From a virus (taxonomy: Duplodnaviria > Heunggongvirae > Uroviricota > Caudoviricetes), in the IMG/VR virus record IMGVR_UViG_2693429523_000005, positions 1 to 10,317 of that record: 10,317 nucleotides of DNA; one strand, 5' to 3'. The notes below the pieces were generated by a model, which was not told the DNA's origin, searched no databases, and was given only the letters and a program-made list of their open reading frames with translations. Made by a program: the position numbers and the translations under genes. The first letter of the stretch is position 1, and the number at the start of each line of letters is the position of its first letter. Below are positions 7,219 to 10,317 of this stretch, piece after piece.

Positions 7219-8893
7219 CGGGGCCAGCTTTGAGCCGCAGTCAGGCACCCTGAACAGCGTTATTCCACCGGCAGTGCAGCACCTGACGGTGGAGGTGAGC
7301 GCGGCTGACGGTCAGTATCTGGCACAGGCGAAATGGGACACGCCGCGGGTGGTGAAGGGTGTGCGCTTCAGTCTGCGCCTGACCAGTGGAAGCGGTGAAA
7401 ACAGCCGCCTGGTGACCACCGCCATCACCGCAGACACGGCGCACCGTTTCAGTGGCCTGCCGCTCGGGGAATACACCCTGACAGTCAGGGCAATTAACAG
7501 TTATGGCCAGCAGGGCGAACCGGCCACCACCACCTTCCGGATTAACGCGCCAGCAAAACCCGCCACCATTGAACTGACGCCGGGGTATTTTCAGATAACG
7601 GCGGTCCCGCGTCTTGCGGTGTATGACCCGACGGTACAGTTTGAGTTCTGGTTTTCGGAGACAAAAATCGCAGACACATCTCAGGTGGAAACCTCTGCCC
7701 GTTATCTGGGGACCGGCAGTCAGTGGAGTGTATCCGGCCCGCACATTAAGCCCGGGAAGGATTTCTGGTTTTACGTGCGCAGCGTCAACCTGGTGGGGAA
7801 ATCTGCGTTTGTGGAAGCCAGTGGCCGGGCCAGCAATGATGCAGAAGGGTATCTGGGGCTGTTTCGGGAAAAAATAGGAAAACTGCATCTGGCTCAGGGG
7901 CTGTGGGAGCTGATAGACAACAGCCAGCTTGCGGATGAGATGGCGGAGATGAAGACCACCATCACCGAAACCCGCAATGAAATCACACAGACGGTCAGTA
8001 AAACGCTGGAAGACCAGAGCGCCACCATACAGCAGATACAGCGCGTGCAGAAGGACACAAATGATGACCTTGCTGCACTTTACATGCTGAAGGTACAGAA
8101 AACAAAAAATGGCATACCCTATGTTGCCGGTATTGGAGCGGGGATTGAGGATACTGATGGCCAGCCCCTGAGCAACATACTGCTGCTGGCTGACCGTATT
8201 GCGATGATTAACCCGGAGGACGGCAACACCACGCCGTTATTTGTGGCGCAGGGGAATCAGTTGTTCATGAACGATGTGTTCCTGAAGCGGCTGTTTGCGG
8301 TGAGTATCACCTCGTCCGGCAATCCCCCGACGTTTTCCCTGACGCCGGAAGGGAAGCTGACAGCCAGGAACGCGGATATCAGCGGAGCAATTACCGCGAA
8401 TACCGGCACGCTCAATAATGTCACCATTAACGAGAACTGTGTCATCAGAGGGAAACTGTCTGCAAACCAGATTGAAGGCGACCTGGTGAAGACGGTGGGG
8501 AAAGCCTTTCCCCGGAATAACAGTTATGCCAGCGGGACGGTAACCGTCACAGTTTACGATGACCAGGGCTTCGACCGGCAGATTATCATTCCCCCGGTGC
8601 TGTTTCGCGGGACGAAACACCAGAATTTCAACAGCCCGAATCAGCAGTCGTACTGGTATTCCACCTGTAAGCTGCAGGTGCTGAAGAACGGGGTTGAGAT
8701 TTTCCATGAACCGGCAACGGATGTCAGCCGGGTGTTCTCATCGGTGATAGATATGCCGGCAGGGCGGGGTCATGTCACCCTGACGTTTAATGTGTCGTCG
8801 GCCGGTGCGAACAACTGGACGCCGACAACGTACATCAGTGATTTACTGGTTGTGGTCATGAAAAAATCCACGGCAGGGATCAGTATCAGCTGA
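7025..8893 (+). CDS. 5'-truncated second copy of the J 3' half (J homology 7096..8893) carrying an alternative receptor-binding C-terminus; probably a silent cassette or pseudogene
   Basis: The ORF-track start (GTG 7025 / ATG 7028) lies inside lom1 in another frame with no convincing SD. From 7096 the frame encodes [22 protein letters not shown]... through ...[13 protein letters not shown], identical to J residues from the middle of unit 2, then a distinct C-terminal domain ending ...[19 protein letters not shown]. Stop TGA 8891-8893. Confidence 0.7.
   Translation: MMTLATVTPLWRGELACSLTRPNQLSLPSLRRRLFRCVSIRENTDGTFAITAVQHVPEKEAIVDNGASFEPQSGTLNSVIPPAVQHLTVEVSAADGQYLAQAKWDTPRVVKGVRFSLRLTSGSGENSRLVTTAITADTAHRFSGLPLGEYTLTVRAINSYGQQGEPATTTFRINAPAKPATIELTPGYFQITAVPRLAVYDPTVQFEFWFSETKIADTSQVETSARYLGTGSQWSVSGPHIKPGKDFWFYVRSVNLVGKSAFVEASGRASNDAEGYLGLFREKIGKLHLAQGLWELIDNSQLADEMAEMKTTITETRNEITQTVSKTLEDQSATIQQIQRVQKDTNDDLAALYMLKVQKTKNGIPYVAGIGAGIEDTDGQPLSNILLLADRIAMINPEDGNTTPLFVAQGNQLFMNDVFLKRLFAVSITSSGNPPTFSLTPEGKLTARNADISGAITANTGTLNNVTINENCVIRGKLSANQIEGDLVKTVGKAFPRNNSYASGTVTVTVYDDQGFDRQIIIPPVLFRGTKHQNFNSPNQQSYWYSTCKLQVLKNGVEIFHEPATDVSRVFSSVIDMPAGRGHVTLTFNVSSAGANNWTPTTYISDLLVVVMKKSTAGISIS
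7096..8348 (+). repeat. Direct repeat copy, beta type (partner of 3198-4450), located downstream of lom1
   Basis: As above. Left boundary is the lom1/J junction at 7095/7096; right boundary is where RBD2 sequence begins (8349). Confidence 0.85.
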
Positions 8894-8911
8894 CGGTTTA
8901 TTAACCCGGAC

Positions 8912-8938
8912 GGGCACCTCAGGAGGTGCCTTTTTTAT
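8912..8938 (+). terminator. Intrinsic terminator after the J fragment
   Basis: Stem ggcacc (8913-8918) / ggtgcc (8925-8930), then tttttt (8931-8936) att. Same architecture as the terminator at 6535-6561. Confidence 0.7.
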
Positions 8939-8950
8939 TGACTGAAAACA

Positions 8951-8956
8951 AAGAGG
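8951..8956 (+). promoter_or_regulatory. Shine-Dalgarno sequence of lom2
   Basis: aagagg lies 5 nt upstream of ATG 8962. Parallels the lom1 context gagaggtaattATG. Confidence 0.6.
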
Positions 8957-8961
8957 TAATC

Positions 8962-9585
8962 ATGCGGCATTTATACGCAACGATATTATTGTTTACTACC
9001 CTGCTGGCAGGAATTGCCTTTCCTGCACAGGCTGAAAGCGGACACGGTGCATTTTCCGTGGGATATGCTCAGGTTCACCCGGGCGGCGTACCGGCATTGT
9101 CCGGTACCGGTGCGCGTGCAGGTGATTTAAAAGGGATTAATGTGAAATACCGTTATGAGTTCACGGATCACCTGGGCGGCATTGTCGCGCTGAGTTATGC
9201 ATCGGTGAAGAAAAGTGACACGATGAAGACGGGTGAAAATACCTTCCATTATGAAAGCCTGCGCGGTCGTTATGTCAGTCTGATGGCCGGCCCTGTCTGG
9301 CAGCTCAGTGAGCGGGTCAGTCTCTATGGCATGGCCGGGATGGCGTACACCCGCTGGTCTGACAGTGTTCAGGATTACCGGCGTGATGAAGTGAAACCGG
9401 GGTATGTGAAGGAGACCACCACCGCCAGTGATGGTCATACTGCGCGTCATCTGTCGCCGGCCTGGAATGCCGGGATTCAGTTCAGTCCCGTAGAGACGGT
9501 GGTTATTGACCTTGCTTATGAAGGTTCCGGCAGTGGCGACTGGCGCACTGACGGTTTCATCGTGGGTGTCGGCTATAAATTCTGA
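8962..9585 (+). CDS. lom: Lom/Ail-family outer membrane beta-barrel protein, divergent paralogue, full length (207 aa)
   Basis: ATG 8962 with SD. The ORF-track start at 8926 falls inside the upstream terminator stem and is rejected. Signal peptide MRHLYATILLFTTLLAGIAFPAQA. Shares [24 protein letters not shown] and the C-terminal AYEGSGSGDWRTDGFIVGVGYKF with Lom, ending in the aromatic residue typical of beta-barrel proteins. Stop TGA 9583-9585. Confidence 0.9.
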   Translation: MRHLYATILLFTTLLAGIAFPAQAESGHGAFSVGYAQVHPGGVPALSGTGARAGDLKGINVKYRYEFTDHLGGIVALSYASVKKSDTMKTGENTFHYESLRGRYVSLMAGPVWQLSERVSLYGMAGMAYTRWSDSVQDYRRDEVKPGYVKETTTASDGHTARHLSPAWNAGIQFSPVETVVIDLAYEGSGSGDWRTDGFIVGVGYKF

Positions 9586-9611
9586 TTAGCCAGGTAACAC
9601 AGTGTTATGAC

Positions 9612-9640
9612 AGCCCGCCGGTTCAGGCGGGCTTTTTTGT
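9612..9640 (+). terminator. Intrinsic terminator after lom2
   Basis: Stem agcccgcc (9612-9619) / ggcgggct (9626-9633), 6-nt loop, T run 9633-9638. Confidence 0.75.
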
Positions 9641-9649
9641 GGGGTGAAT

Positions 9650-10317
9650 ATGGCAGTAAAGATTTCAGGTGTGCTGAAAGACGGCACAGGAAAACCAATA
9701 CAGAACTGCACCATTCAACTGAAAGCCAGACGTAACAGCACCACGGTGGTGGTGAACACGGTGGCCTCTGAAAATCCGGATGAGGCAGGGCGTTACAGCA
9801 TGGACGTCGAGTATGGTCAGTACAGCGTCACTCTGTTGGTGGAGGGATTCCCTCCATCACATGCCGGGACCATCACCGTGTATGAAGATTCTCAACCGGG
9901 GACGCTGAATGATTTTCTCGGTGCCATGTCGGAGGATGACGTCCGGCCGGAGGCAATGCGTCGTTTTGAACTGATGGTGGAAGAAGCGGCGCGTCACGCA
10001 GAGGAGGCGAAGAAGAATGCCGGAGAGGCGGAGACATCAGCGAGGAATGCCGGCATATCAGCCAGTCAGGCAGAAGAGAGCGCTGCAAATGCTGACACTT
10101 CAGCAGGGGATGCATCGGAGTCAGCCCGGCAGGCGGCAGAAAGTGCAGCCGCTGCAAAGCAGTCAGAGGAGGCGTCCTCGTCCTCGGCCTCTGCGGCCGC
10201 TCAAAAAGCCAGTGAGTCATCACAAAGTGCAGCAGATGCTGAATTGTCAAGAAAGACGGCAGAAAGTGCAGCCGGTAATGCAGCCAGGGATGCAACGACC
10301 GCAACAGAAAAAGCCCG
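9650..10317 (+). CDS. stf: Side tail fibre protein Stf, N-terminal part (3' end beyond the window)
   Basis: ATG 9650. Translation MAVKISGVLKDGTGKPIQNCTIQLKARRNSTTVVVNTVASENPDEAGRYSMDVEYGQYSVTLLVEGFPPSHAGTITVYEDSQPGTLNDFL... closely matches the recalled N-terminus of lambda Stf (orf-401), followed by an Ala/Ser/Glu-rich low-complexity region. No stop before 10317. Missing from the ORF track only because the frame is open-ended. Confidence 0.9.
   Translation, partial: MAVKISGVLKDGTGKPIQNCTIQLKARRNSTTVVVNTVASENPDEAGRYSMDVEYGQYSVTLLVEGFPPSHAGTITVYEDSQPGTLNDFLGAMSEDDVRPEAMRRFELMVEEAARHAEEAKKNAGEAETSARNAGISASQAEESAANADTSAGDASESARQAAESAAAAKQSEEASSSSASAAAQKASESSQSAADAELSRKTAESAAGNAARDATTATEKA

Noticed and set aside
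1772-7877. Small plus-strand ORFs out of frame with J (1772..2014, 2094..2279, 2555..2833, 3113..3355, 3716..3979, 4637..4879, 5240..5503, 6020..6298, 7614..7877)
   Set aside because: Fully embedded in J or the J fragment in alternative frames, with no SD and biased composition. Identical copies simply mirror the DNA repeats.
1603-8348. CRISPR array or insertion sequence/transposon as the source of the repeats
   Set aside because: No short regularly spaced repeat-spacer pattern. No transposase ORF or terminal inverted repeats. All repeats are in-frame protein-coding segments of J.
4453-8440. Site-specific invertible segment (Gin/Cin/Hin-type tail-fibre shufflon)
   Set aside because: The long repeats are direct, not inverted. 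No invertase or recombinase gene is present. The only inverted match (29 bp, 4453-4481 versus 8412-8440) is better explained as a duplication junction scar.
916-8707. Numerous minus-strand ORFs (for example 916..1512, 2002..3132, 3343..3990, 4867..5514, 7241..7888, 8237..8707, 1632..2024, 4497..4889)
   Set aside because: All lie antisense to the strongly supported J reading frame. They are Arg/Pro/Gly/Cys-rich and lack start context. They recur only because the underlying DNA is repeated. Shadow ORFs of GC-rich coding sequence.
5977-8893. Diversity-generating retroelement (template/variable repeat pair) acting on the J C-terminus
   Set aside because: No reverse transcriptase ORF in the window. 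RBD1/RBD2 differences are not confined to adenine positions and include indels. The repeats are kb-scale coding duplications, unlike a roughly 100-bp template repeat.
8926-8961. ORF-track start of lom2 at 8926 (MPFLLTENKEVI extension)
   Set aside because: That start codon lies within the terminator hairpin and has no SD. ATG 8962 has a well-spaced SD (aagagg) and gives a typical signal peptide, mirroring lom1.
9873-10304. Minus-strand 143-aa ORF
   Set aside because: Antisense to the open stf reading frame, whose N-terminus matches recalled lambda Stf. Shadow ORF.

Overview
Plus-strand lambdoid phage/prophage tail-tip host-specificity region in the lambda gene order J - lom - stf, but heavily rearranged. 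All calls rest on reading the sequence and on recalled lambda gpJ/Lom/Stf protein sequences; no database search was run. (1) J (178..6516) encodes 2112 aa, about twice the ~1130 aa recalled for lambda gpJ: a canonical N-terminal 475 codons, then three tandem mosaic copies of a 1.3-1.5 kb internal module, then one receptor-binding C-terminus (RBD1). (2) A lambda-like lom (from 6583) loses Lom homology after codon 171 and is fused at 7095/7096 to (3) a start-less second copy of the J 3' half (7096..8893). This copy matches J 3198..4450 over 1253 bp with no mismatch seen in hand comparison and ends in a different receptor-binding domain (RBD2). (4) A second, divergent, full-length lom follows (8962..9585), then (5) the 5' part of stf (9650 to window end; absent from the ORF track because it has no stop in the window). 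lom1, lom2 and stf are each preceded by an intrinsic-terminator-like hairpin plus a Shine-Dalgarno (SD) sequence. All minus-strand ORFs in the track are antisense shadows of J or stf. Main hypothesis: an amplified host-range locus carrying a silent alternative receptor-binding cassette that recombination between kb-scale perfect direct repeats could swap in. The competing explanation, repeat-induced misassembly, cannot be excluded from sequence alone.
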